Made by a program: the position numbers and the translations under genes
Part shown: piece after piece, positions 8,445 through 16,824 of the stretch
Position numbering within the stretch: the stretch's first letter is position 1
Layout of the letters: the number at the start of each line of letters is the position of its first letter
The notes under the pieces: model-generated
What the model was told of the DNA's origin: nothing
Databases searched by the model: none
The model's input: the letters and a program-made list of their open reading frames with translations, nothing else
Assembly (NCBI GenBank): GCA_034678605.1
Contig: JAXDBQ010000039.1
Location: 1,172 to 65,171 of the forward strand
Source of the DNA: Patescibacteria group bacterium
GTDB taxonomy: Bacteria > Patescibacteriota > Minisyncoccia > Minisyncoccales > UBA5738
DNA: 64,000 nucleotides
Direction of reading: 5' to 3'

Positions 8445-9107
8445 ATGAACAGGGCAGTATCGTTTATTTCTTGGATATTGTTGGATTGGTTTTTTCGATT
8501 GTTTGTCGTAAAAGAGATCCGCGGCAAGGAAAATTTTTCCAAAAAAAAGAATTACATTCTGGCGGCCAACCACGTGAGCCATTTGGACTGGCTGATCGGC
8601 TGCTATTTGTGCGTGCCGCGCAAATACACGTTCATCGGCCAAGTGGACAAAATCAAAGGGATCAAAGGAATGTTGCGCGATCTGATGTATTGGACCGGCG
8701 AGACGATTCGGGTGGACCGGCGCGACCCGGCTTCAAAAGAAAAAGCCGCGGCTAAAGCGATTGATTTTTTGAAAAAAGGGTATAATCTGTTTTTATTTCC
8801 CGAAGGCACGCGCTCGCGCGACGGTAAATTGCAAATGTTTCGCCGGGGAGTGGGCAAATTATATTTGGAAACCGGCGTGCCGGTTTTGCCGGTGGTTTTT
8901 TGGGGCACGCGCCAAATGATGCCGCCGGGCCAAAAAATAAAGCTGGATCGCTCGGCGATCGCGGTTATCGGCAAACCGCTTGAATTTTCTGATTTGCGGG
9001 CGCAAGCCAAAGGAATTGATAAAAACTCGGACAAATATTTGCGGCTTTGCGAAACCATCGCCAAAAAGGTTGAGGAGGAAGTGAGCGCCTTGCTGGCCGC
9101 AAATTAA
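8445..9107 (+). CDS. plsC: 1-acyl-sn-glycerol-3-phosphate acyltransferase family (PlsC-like), paralog 1
   Basis: NHVSHLDW (HX4D), FPEGTRSRDG and VPVLPV blocks. Confidence 0.8.
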   Translation: MNRAVSFISWILLDWFFRLFVVKEIRGKENFSKKKNYILAANHVSHLDWLIGCYLCVPRKYTFIGQVDKIKGIKGMLRDLMYWTGETIRVDRRDPASKEKAAAKAIDFLKKGYNLFLFPEGTRSRDGKLQMFRRGVGKLYLETGVPVLPVVFWGTRQMMPPGQKIKLDRSAIAVIGKPLEFSDLRAQAKGIDKNSDKYLRLCETIAKKVEEEVSALLAAN

Positions 9108-9227
9108 AAACTAAAATCTAAAAAGTAAAAACGACAATCTTAAATTAAAAAATAAAAAATCAATTAAACGATTTTAAATTTTAAATTTTCGTTTTTAATT
9201 TTTCATTTTTACTTTTTAAATTGAAAG
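9108..9227. repeat. Word-hairpin family F (aaaatt/aaaacg words)
   Basis: aaaactaaaatctaaaaagtaaaaacgacaatcttaaattaaaaaa ... ttttaaattttaaattttcgtttttaatttttcatttttacttttt. Confidence 0.7.
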
Positions 9228-9890
9228 ATGAATACCATTGTTTCTACCATTTCGAAATTGATATTGGGGGCGCCGATAAGAATGATGCTGATCAAAGAGA
9301 TCCGCGGCAAGGAAAACATCCCGGCCGGCGGTTTTATCTTGGCATCCAATCATTTGAGCCATTCGGATTGGTTTATGAGCGGTTATATCTGCGCGCCCAA
9401 AAAATTCGCGTTTATCGGCCAAGTGGATCAATACAATACGGGTTTCAACGCGATTTGGCGGCGGTTGATCTATTGGTGGGGCAGCACCATTCCCATTGAC
9501 CGCAAAAGCGGCGAATCAAAAAAACAAGCCATGGAAAGAGCGGTGAAAATGCTCAAAGACGGGTATCGCGTAATTATTTATCCCGAAGGCGGCCGGGCCT
9601 ATGACGGCGTGATGCGCCAATTCAAGGCCGGCGTGGCAATATTGCATTTGGAAAGCGGAGCGCCGATTTTGCCGGTGGCGTTTAGCGGAACGCGGGAGAT
9701 CATGCCGCCTCATGGAAAAATCAAATTAAAAAAAACCGTGCGGATTAATATCGGCAAACCGTTGGATTTTTCCCGGGAAAGGCAAATTGCCGCCAAACTG
9801 GATAAGGATTCCCATGCCTATCACGGGCTTTGCGCCGACGTGGCCAAAAAAGTGGAGGACGAAGTCCGGCTCCTCGCTGATGAAATTTAA
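9228..9890 (+). CDS. plsC: 1-acyl-sn-glycerol-3-phosphate acyltransferase family (PlsC-like), paralog 2
   Basis: NHLSHSDW, YPEGGRAYDG, APILPV. It has the same length (220 aa) and layout as paralog 1. Confidence 0.8.
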   Translation: MNTIVSTISKLILGAPIRMMLIKEIRGKENIPAGGFILASNHLSHSDWFMSGYICAPKKFAFIGQVDQYNTGFNAIWRRLIYWWGSTIPIDRKSGESKKQAMERAVKMLKDGYRVIIYPEGGRAYDGVMRQFKAGVAILHLESGAPILPVAFSGTREIMPPHGKIKLKKTVRINIGKPLDFSRERQIAAKLDKDSHAYHGLCADVAKKVEDEVRLLADEI

Positions 9891-10032
9891 ATTCGAATAT
9901 CGAATATCGAAATCCGAAACAATATCGAATATCGAAATTTAAAATTTTCAAAACAAAAAAAGAATTTCGTTTTGAACATTTGAAAATTCGAATTTGTTTC
10001 GATATTCGATATTCGTGCTTCGGATTTTGCTT
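9891..10032. repeat. Word-hairpin family A, copy A3
   Basis: aaattcgaatatcgaatatcgaaatccgaaacaatatcgaatatcgaaattt ... gaaaattcgaatttgtttcgatattcgatattcgtgcttcggattt. Confidence 0.8.
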
Positions 10033-11568
10033 ATGATGAAGATCGATAAAATTCTTATTGCCAACCGGGGAGAGATCGCATTGCGGATTATCCGCACTTG
10101 CCGCGAGATGGGCATTAAGACCGCGGCGCTTTGCCCGCGGCCGGGGATGGAGCACAATTTTTTGGAAACGGCATTGGCCGACGAGTTTTATTATCTGGAT
10201 GCCGACGGATCGGCCGGTTATTTGGATAAGGAAAAGATCATCGGGATCGCCAAAAAATGCAAGGCAAGCGCAATCCATCCCGGCTATGGTTTTTTGGCCG
10301 AAAACTGGCAGTTTGCGCTGGCTTGTGAAAAGAACCGGATAAAATTCATCGGGCCGCATTTTAAGACCTTGCGCGCTTTGCAGGACAAGGTCGAGGCCAA
10401 AAAGATCGCCAAAAAAGTGGGCATTCCCACGGTGCCGGCCAGCGACCAATCAATCAAAAGCAAAAAAGATCTGATCAAGTGGGCCCAGCGGATCAAGCCG
10501 CCGTTTATCATCAAAGCCCAGCGCGGCGGCGGCGGCATGGGGATTCGCGTGGTCAATGGCCAGATGAATTATGAAGAAATGATGTCGCTTACGTTGGGAG
10601 TCCAGCGCCAGATATCCGGCGCGTTTTCCGACGCGGATTTCTTTTTGGAAAAATATCTGCCCGAAGTCAAGCATATTGAATTTCAAATTTTGGGCGACGG
10701 CAAAAACGCGGTGCATTTGGGAGAGCGGGAATGTTCGATCCAACGCCGGTTTCAAAAATTGGTGGAAGAATCGCCGTCGGCCGCCTTGGACGCCGATTTG
10801 CGCGCCAAGATGGGCGGCTGGGCGGTGAAAATTGCCGAATATCTGCGTTATGAGGGCGCGGCCACGGTGGAATTTTTGCTGGACATTGACAAAAATTTTT
10901 ATTTCATGGAAGTTAATCCGCGCATTCAAGTGGAGCATCCGGTGACCGAAGCCGTGACGGGAATTGATATCGTGGAGCAACAAATCAAAATCGCGCGGGG
11001 AGAGCGATTGGCGTTTGGGCAGGAAAGCGTTTTTCAAAACGGATGGGCCATCGAGGTGCGCGTGAACGCCGAGGATTCGCGAAAAAACTTCATTCCTTCG
11101 CCGGGAATCGTGGCCAAATACATTCCGCCGCAAGGCCAGGGAGTGTTTACGCACAGCTTTTTGCAGGATGGCCAAGTTGTCTATCCTTATTTTGACTCGC
11201 TGCTGGCCAAGATCATCGCCTATGGCAAAGATCGCGATTCGGCGATCAAAAAATTGAAGCGCGCTTTGGGCGAAACCTCGATCGACGGCGTGGCCACCAC
11301 GATTCCGTTTTTCAAGCTTTTATTGGAAAAGGAAGAATTTTTACAAGGTAATTTTTTCACCAATTACATCGAAAAAAGCGGCATTATCCGCGAATTGATG
11401 CTGGCGCCCTATTGCAAACCGGCGGTTTGCGAGCATAAGGATTTGGAAGAACAAGCCGTGGCCGATATCGCGCACGCGATTTATCGAGAAATCAAAAACA
11501 ACTTGCCTGCGGCCAACGGCAACGGGGTTTCCAAGTGGGTGCTGGCCGACCGAATCGCCGAAGAATAA
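10033..11568 (+). CDS. accC: Biotin carboxylase subunit of an acyl-CoA/acetyl-CoA carboxylase
   Basis: KILIANRGEIALRIIRTCREMGI, HPGYGFLAEN, GGGGMGIRV, MEVNPRIQVEHPVTE. ATG at 10033; the track start at 9994 lies in repeat A3. Confidence 0.9.
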   Translation: MMKIDKILIANRGEIALRIIRTCREMGIKTAALCPRPGMEHNFLETALADEFYYLDADGSAGYLDKEKIIGIAKKCKASAIHPGYGFLAENWQFALACEKNRIKFIGPHFKTLRALQDKVEAKKIAKKVGIPTVPASDQSIKSKKDLIKWAQRIKPPFIIKAQRGGGGMGIRVVNGQMNYEEMMSLTLGVQRQISGAFSDADFFLEKYLPEVKHIEFQILGDGKNAVHLGERECSIQRRFQKLVEESPSAALDADLRAKMGGWAVKIAEYLRYEGAATVEFLLDIDKNFYFMEVNPRIQVEHPVTEAVTGIDIVEQQIKIARGERLAFGQESVFQNGWAIEVRVNAEDSRKNFIPSPGIVAKYIPPQGQGVFTHSFLQDGQVVYPYFDSLLAKIIAYGKDRDSAIKKLKRALGETSIDGVATTIPFFKLLLEKEEFLQGNFFTNYIEKSGIIRELMLAPYCKPAVCEHKDLEEQAVADIAHAIYREIKNNLPAANGNGVSKWVLADRIAEE

Positions 11569-11714
11569 AATCCGAAGCACGAAATCCGAATATCGAAACA
11601 AATTCGAATTTTCAAATTTTTAAAAGTTCAAAACGAAATTCATTTTTTGTTTTGAAAATTTTAATTTTTGATATTCGATATTGTTTCGGATTTCGATATT
11701 CGATATTCGAATTT
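11569..11714. repeat. Word-hairpin family A, copy A4
   Basis: aaatccgaagcacgaaatccgaatatcgaaacaaattcgaattttcaaattt ... gaaaattttaatttttgatattcgatattgtttcggatttcgatattcgatattcg. Confidence 0.8.
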
Positions 11715-12095
11715 ATGAAATTCAGCTTTACTAATCGCAACAAGGACTATCAAATCGAGATCGCCGACCAGGGGGAGGGGGTTAAGATTTCGGTTAACGG
11801 CAAGAACTTTTTTTACGGCGCGCAAGCCGTCCAGGATGTTCCGGCCGTGGCGCAAGCCGCCATTCCCAAGCGCAATCTTTCCAAAAAGGAGGTACGCGCG
11901 GTTTTGGCCGGCACGATCTCGGAAATCAGCGTGGCCGCCGGCGACATCGTGAAAACCGGCCAAAAACTTTTGACCCTCTCGGCCATGAAAATGGAAAACG
12001 AAATTTTGGCCGAAGTTGACGGCAAAGTCAAAGAAATAAAAGTTGCCCCCGGCCAAAAAGTCGCCGAAGGCGCCATTTTGATCATCTTGGCATAA
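11715..12095 (+). CDS. accB: Biotin carboxyl carrier / biotinyl-lipoyl domain protein
   Basis: The C-terminus reads LLTLSAMKMENEILAEVDGKVKEIKVAPGQKVAEGAILIIL, with the AMKM biotinylation motif. Confidence 0.8.
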   Translation: MKFSFTNRNKDYQIEIADQGEGVKISVNGKNFFYGAQAVQDVPAVAQAAIPKRNLSKKEVRAVLAGTISEISVAAGDIVKTGQKLLTLSAMKMENEILAEVDGKVKEIKVAPGQKVAEGAILIILA

Positions 12096-12115
12096 AAAAT
12101 AATTTTGCAATCGTC

Positions 12116-13654
12116 ATGCGAAAATCAAACCCGAAAGAAAAAACAAAGAAATGCTCCGGGGCGGGGAGCGGATTTTCGGCCTCGAAAGTCGCGCAAGAAT
12201 TATTTGATTTTAAAAAAATAAAATCGGATTTTTCAATTTGTTTGTTCTTTAATAAAAACAATGATTTTCTTGGCCGAAAAAAATTGAATTCGGAAAGTAT
12301 TATTGAGGAAAAATACTGGGTTGAAAAAATTTTCGGAAAAAAGCCGAAAGGAGCGGTCAATGCGGTTGTGGCGGAGTCCCGAATTTCGGGAAATTTAAAA
12401 ATCAAAGACGCGGATCGTCAAATCGCCGAAAAAGCCGCGAAGGCGGGCAGAGACGCGGGGGTCGATGTTTCGGACTATGTCGCGGTTTCAAAAACCGGAA
12501 CTCGAAGTTTGGCCGAAGAATTCCGCGGTAAAACGGCGGGCGGCGCGGGTTATATTGCGGAAGGCAGACAGGCAACATTATTTGATTTATTGTTTGAGTC
12601 GAACCGCGATTTTGTAATTGATGGAAGCAGCGACAAGCAATCGCCGGTTGTGGATATTCGCGATTCGAAATTTCGTTTTATAGATTTATTCGCCGGAATC
12701 GGCGGCATAAGAATCGGTTTTGAACGAGCCGGCGGGAAATGCGTTTTTACTTCCGAATGGGATAAGTCATGTCAAAAATCATATGAAATGAATTTTGGCG
12801 AAAAACCGCACGGAGATATAACTAAAATAAACGCAAAAGATATTCCCGACCACGATATTTTAACCGGAGGATTTCCTTGCCAAGCATTTAGTATAATCGG
12901 AAAAAAGAGAGGGTTTGCGGACACGCGCGGAACGCTTTTTTTTGATGTAGAACGAATATTGAAAGAAAAACATCCCAAAGCTTTTTTATTGGAAAATGTA
13001 AAGCAATTGAAAACTCATAACAGTGGCGTTACATTTAAAGTGATTTTGGAAAAATTAAAGAATTTGGATTATTTTATTCATTATAAGGTTTTAAATGGTT
13101 TGGATTTTGGCGTTCCGCAGAAAAGGGAACGAATTATGATAGTTGGTTTTGAAAAAAATTATCCTTTTGAATTTCCTTTATATGGGAAAAAAGAACAAAT
13201 GCTTGCCGACATATTGGAACCGGAAGCGAATGTGGAAAAGAAACATTTCTTGAGTGATTATTTCAAAAATAAATTAAAAATTAAATTGGCGGAACAAGGT
13301 AAGTCGCCAAATATTCGTCCCGCAATTTGGCATGAAAATAAAGGCGGTAATATCGGAATACATCCTTTTTCTTGCGCGTTGCGGGCCAACGGTTCATATA
13401 ATTACTTGACGGTAAATGGGGAAAGACGGCTAACTCCAAGGGAAATGTTGCGTTTGCAAGGATTTCCCGATTCGTTTAAAATCGTAGTCCCCGATTCTCA
13501 AGCGAGAAAACAAGCGGGCAATAGCGTTGTGGTGCCTCAGATAGAAGCGGTTGCGCATGCCATTATTCAAGCCATGGATAGGATTCCATCGCCGGTCGTT
13601 TATGAAATGGATTTACTTGGCAATAAAAAAATTAAAAAAATATATGAGCACTGA
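12116..13654 (+). CDS. dcm: DNA (cytosine-5)-methyltransferase with a roughly 180-aa N-terminal extension resembling a decayed RadC/JAB domain
   Basis: Motif I DLFAGIGG, motif IV GGFPCQAFS, motif VI ENVKQL, QGFPDSF, GNSVVVP. N-terminal AVVAESRISGNLKIKDADRQIAEKAAKAGRDAGVDVSDYVAV parallels the RadC ..HNHPSG..PS..D...T..L......GI...DH.I. segment, but with the metal ligands lost. Confidence 0.9.
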   Translation: MRKSNPKEKTKKCSGAGSGFSASKVAQELFDFKKIKSDFSICLFFNKNNDFLGRKKLNSESIIEEKYWVEKIFGKKPKGAVNAVVAESRISGNLKIKDADRQIAEKAAKAGRDAGVDVSDYVAVSKTGTRSLAEEFRGKTAGGAGYIAEGRQATLFDLLFESNRDFVIDGSSDKQSPVVDIRDSKFRFIDLFAGIGGIRIGFERAGGKCVFTSEWDKSCQKSYEMNFGEKPHGDITKINAKDIPDHDILTGGFPCQAFSIIGKKRGFADTRGTLFFDVERILKEKHPKAFLLENVKQLKTHNSGVTFKVILEKLKNLDYFIHYKVLNGLDFGVPQKRERIMIVGFEKNYPFEFPLYGKKEQMLADILEPEANVEKKHFLSDYFKNKLKIKLAEQGKSPNIRPAIWHENKGGNIGIHPFSCALRANGSYNYLTVNGERRLTPREMLRLQGFPDSFKIVVPDSQARKQAGNSVVVPQIEAVAHAIIQAMDRIPSPVVYEMDLLGNKKIKKIYEH

Positions 13655-14711
13655 CAGCAAGCCAAAAGAGGCTTTAGACACGATAATACGGAAATCGCGC
13701 GTCCATTTGTATAAACCAATTCAAATTGCCGAAATATTATATCATCATCGCACGGAGAAAAATTTGGATTTAAAAGAATTGAGTTTATACAGAAATACTT
13801 CAAAAAAATGGAGAGATGAAGTATCGTCTCTTTTGGTTGGACATAAAAGCACATCAAGCCAAAAATATCAAGATAATGTTTTTGAAGCCAACGCGATGCC
13901 ACCTGTTTTGTTGGCAAAACTTGGCGAAGAAAATAAAAAAAGAGGCGGTCTTGTGGAAGCGTATGTTTATAAATCGTTGGAAGCAAGGTTGTCTTCGGTG
14001 ATGGCCGTTGAAAAATATGTCAAAAGATCGACCGCTGGCAGTTTTTCTTTGAAAAAATTGATTTCCATGTTTCAAACGACTCCGGGTCTTCGTCGAAGTA
14101 TTGATAAAATGTATGAAATTTTGGTTTATGCTCTTTTTGCCACTATAGTGAGATCTTTAAACGCGCAAGTTGTTTTGAGAATCGGCAACAAAGACGAGGA
14201 GATTCTAAAGGATTTTGAGAAATTTATTAAGATGGTATTGGGTATTAGTGCGAAAGAAACGGAACTGATATACCCGGCGGCTTTATATCGAGTTGGAGCA
14301 ACGAACGCGGCGGATAGGGGTTTGGATATGTGGGCAAATTTTGGGCCGGTTGTGCAAGTTAAGCATTTGACGTTGACGACCGAGCTTTGCGAGGATATTG
14401 TCGATGGAATAACCGCGGATCGCATCGTCATCGTTTGCCTCGATGCGGAACGCGTCGTTATAGAGTCATTGTTAAAACAAGTGGGTTTGGTTAATAGAAT
14501 ACAAGGGATTGTCACTATCAATGATTTGGACGAATGGTATAAATTGTGCTTAAGCGAAAAATATCGCGATAACCTTGGTTTTAAATTGCTTAAAGACGTA
14601 GTTAGCGAATTTGAAGTTGAATTTCCGTCAAGTAACGAAATAAAACCATTTATGAAAAAAAGGGGATATGATAAAATTATTTTGCCTTCCGGCTGGCAAA
14701 TTAAGGATTGA
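13644..14711 (+). CDS. Probable type II restriction endonuclease partner of the m5C methyltransferase (family not assigned)
   Basis: ATG at 13644 overlaps the dcm stop by 11 nt, and its own stop overlaps the vsr ORF. It is AT-rich like dcm. The position between dcm and vsr is classic. I can verify no catalytic motif by eye. Confidence 0.5.
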   Translation: MSTDSKPKEALDTIIRKSRVHLYKPIQIAEILYHHRTEKNLDLKELSLYRNTSKKWRDEVSSLLVGHKSTSSQKYQDNVFEANAMPPVLLAKLGEENKKRGGLVEAYVYKSLEARLSSVMAVEKYVKRSTAGSFSLKKLISMFQTTPGLRRSIDKMYEILVYALFATIVRSLNAQVVLRIGNKDEEILKDFEKFIKMVLGISAKETELIYPAALYRVGATNAADRGLDMWANFGPVVQVKHLTLTTELCEDIVDGITADRIVIVCLDAERVVIESLLKQVGLVNRIQGIVTINDLDEWYKLCLSEKYRDNLGFKLLKDVVSEFEVEFPSSNEIKPFMKKRGYDKIILPSGWQIKD

Positions 14712-14725
14712 TAATATTGAGATTT

Positions 14726-15148
14726 ATGGACACCGTTTCGCAAAAGAAACGCAGCGAGATAATGAAAGCGGTGAAAAGCAGGGACAGCAAGATTGAAATT
14801 GATTTTAGGAAAAAAATATGGAACGCGGGATTTTATTATCGGAAAAACAGTCCAAAATATCGCGGAAAACCCGATTTGGTTTTTAAAAGATTTAAATTGG
14901 TTATTTTTGTGGATTCTTGTTTTTGGCATGGTTGTGAAAAACATGGTTCGATTCCGGAAACGCATAATGATTTTTGGCGGGAGAAGCTGGGGCGGAATAG
15001 GCGGAGGGACAAAGAAGTCAACAAACATTATAAAAAAATCGGTTGGCGGATTTTGCGATTTTGGGAACACGATTTAAAAAATAATTCGGATAAATGTTTA
15101 AAAGTCGCAATCAGCGCGATTGAACTTTCAAGGGCGAACAAAAAATAA
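14726..15148 (+). CDS. vsr: Very-short-patch repair endonuclease
   Basis: RSEIMKAVKSRDSKIE, GKPDLVF, VIFVDSCFWHGC, and WREKL..N..RD are Vsr family hallmarks. Confidence 0.9.
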   Translation: MDTVSQKKRSEIMKAVKSRDSKIEIDFRKKIWNAGFYYRKNSPKYRGKPDLVFKRFKLVIFVDSCFWHGCEKHGSIPETHNDFWREKLGRNRRRDKEVNKHYKKIGWRILRFWEHDLKNNSDKCLKVAISAIELSRANKK

Positions 15149-15231
15149 AAATTTGATTGGGAAAAGTGCGAGCGGGGCGATTGGGGAGAATGGCGGGGGT
15201 TGGAATTTTGAGCGCTGGCAAAATTAAGTTT

Positions 15232-15263
15232 AAGTATATATTGAGTATATATAAAGTATATAC
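15232..15263. promoter_or_regulatory. Three direct agtatata repeats, the last forming the 10-bp palindrome agtatatact, upstream of the BRO-N gene
   Basis: agtatata occurs at 15232, 15243 and 15254 (11-bp phasing), about 25 bp upstream of ATG 15288. Confidence 0.35.
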
Positions 15264-15287
15264 TCGGGTTGATGAAGTAAAAATAAG

Positions 15288-16166
15288 ATGGTTGGGGAAA
15301 GGAAAGCGAAAAATAAGTCAAAAGACGGGGGGTTGGCGGTTTTCGAGGGGAAGCGGATCCGCCGGGTTTGGGACGCGGCCAAGGAAGCTTGGTATTTTTC
15401 GGTTGTTGATGTGGTGGAAGCGTTGACTGGCAGTACGCTTCCAAAACGCTATTGGTCTGATTTAAAAATTAAATTAAAAAACGAGGGGAGCCAGGTGTAC
15501 GAAAAAATCGTACAACTGAAAATGGAGGCCGCTGATGGTAAATTTTACTTGACCGATTGCGCGGATACCGAAACGATTTTTCGTGTAATTCAATCGATTC
15601 CGTCTTCCAAGGCCGAGCCATTCAAGCTTTGGCTGGCGCGAGTGGGGTATGAGCGGGTGGAAGAGGCCGAAGACCCGGAAAAGGCCATTCAAAGGGCGAT
15701 GCTGATGTATTTCAAGAAGGGATATTCCAAAAGCTGGGTTGATTTGCGTTTGAAAAGCATCGAGATCAGGAAGGACTTGACCAACGAATGGCAAGAGCGG
15801 GGCGTGTTGAGCAGCAAGGAATTTGCCGTTCTCACCGATGACATCACTTTTGCCTGGGCGGGAATGAAAACCGGCGAATACAAGCAATTCAAAAATTTGA
15901 AAAAAGAAAATTTGCGCGACAATATGAGCAATTTGGAGTTGGTGCTCAATATGCTGGCCGAGACCTCGACGACTGAAATTTCAAAATCAAAGAAACCAAA
16001 GGGGTTTGTTGCGAATCAGCATGTAGCGCGGATGGGTGGAGGCGTTGCCGGACGGGCGCGCAAAGATATTGAGAAAAAGACGGGTAGAAGTGCGATCAGC
16101 GATAAAAATGCCCGCGGGTTGGGAATGCTTGGCCATAATGATTTAAAATCGGAGCGTTTGAAATAA
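15288..16166 (+). CDS. BRO-N / antirepressor-like (DinD-like) DNA-binding protein
   Basis: FEGKRIRRVWDAAKEAWYFSVVDVVEALTGS...RYWSDLK and later SKAEPFKLWLARVGYERVEE resemble Bro-N plus the conserved C-terminal module seen in phage antirepressor-like proteins. Confidence 0.6.
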   Translation: MVGERKAKNKSKDGGLAVFEGKRIRRVWDAAKEAWYFSVVDVVEALTGSTLPKRYWSDLKIKLKNEGSQVYEKIVQLKMEAADGKFYLTDCADTETIFRVIQSIPSSKAEPFKLWLARVGYERVEEAEDPEKAIQRAMLMYFKKGYSKSWVDLRLKSIEIRKDLTNEWQERGVLSSKEFAVLTDDITFAWAGMKTGEYKQFKNLKKENLRDNMSNLELVLNMLAETSTTEISKSKKPKGFVANQHVARMGGGVAGRARKDIEKKTGRSAISDKNARGLGMLGHNDLKSERLK

Positions 16167-16187
16167 TTTGTGGTAAAATGGAAGGGT

Positions 16188-16730
16188 ATGGCGGAAGATA
16201 AAAAATACAATATAATTGAGTTTGAGGAACTGGAATCGACCAATGCCAGGGCAAAAGAATTGGCCGGTCAAGGCGCGGCGGCATGGACGGTGGTGACGGC
16301 CATTCGGCAGACCGGCGGTTATGGCCGCAAGGGCAATATTTGGGTCTCGCCCGCGGGCGGGTTGTATTTTTCGGCGGTTTTGCCCAAGAGCAATGTGGCG
16401 GATTTGCAGATTTTGACGATCTTGGCGGCGTTTTGCGCGGCCAAAACAATAAAGGAAAATTGCGGCATTGAGCCGTTCGTAAAACTGCCCAACGATGTTT
16501 ATATCAACGGCAAAAAAGTTTGTGGGGCGCTCACGGAGAATGTTATTTTGGGCGATGAAATTCTGTCGGTGATCGGCATCGGCGTGAACACCAATGTCGA
16601 AACATTCGCCGGAGAATCGGCGGGCGCCACTTCGTTGAAGATCGAATCGGGGCAAACCATTGACAATCGCGCGCTTTTGGAGCAGATTATAGAGCAACTG
16701 AAGAATGTGTTCAAAGAAATCAGTAATTAA
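16188..16730 (+). CDS. birA: Biotin--[acetyl-CoA-carboxylase] ligase, short form without HTH
   Basis: ELESTNARAKELA, RQTGGYGRKGNIWVSPAGGLYFS (GRGRxGRxW-type loop), KLPNDVYINGKKVCGALTE. Confidence 0.8.
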   Translation: MAEDKKYNIIEFEELESTNARAKELAGQGAAAWTVVTAIRQTGGYGRKGNIWVSPAGGLYFSAVLPKSNVADLQILTILAAFCAAKTIKENCGIEPFVKLPNDVYINGKKVCGALTENVILGDEILSVIGIGVNTNVETFAGESAGATSLKIESGQTIDNRALLEQIIEQLKNVFKEISN

Positions 16731-16824
16731 AAAAGTTAAAAGCGTAAAGCGAAAAGCGTAAAGCAAGAATGCGGCTTTGTATTTTTACTTTGCGTTTTGC
16801 ACTTTTAGTTTTGCGCTTAATATT
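16731..16824. repeat. Word-hairpin family B (gtaaagcg/gcaaagcg words), full hairpin
   Basis: aaaagcgtaaagcgaaaagcgtaaagcaagaatgcgg | ctttgtatttttactttgcgttttgcacttttagttttgcgc. Confidence 0.8.

Noticed and set aside
13644-14711. I considered assigning the endonuclease candidate to a named REase family (e.g. HaeII-like) and a recognition site.
   Set aside because: My impression of similarity at the N-terminus (SRVHLYKPIQIAEILY) cannot be verified without a REBASE/Pfam search. Only the positional inference is reported.
14126-15070. A 314-aa minus-strand ORF spans the endonuclease/vsr region.
   Set aside because: It overlaps the motif-supported Vsr and the coupled dcm-REase-vsr operon on the + strand. 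Its translation is a low-complexity F/K/I/P-rich product of AT-rich antisense sequence.
15028-15444. ORFs lie in the vsr-BRO-N spacer (15028-15444 minus; 15157-15426 plus).
   Set aside because: They overlap the Vsr 3' end and BRO-N 5' end, have no motifs, and the region contains promoter/operator-like repeats instead.
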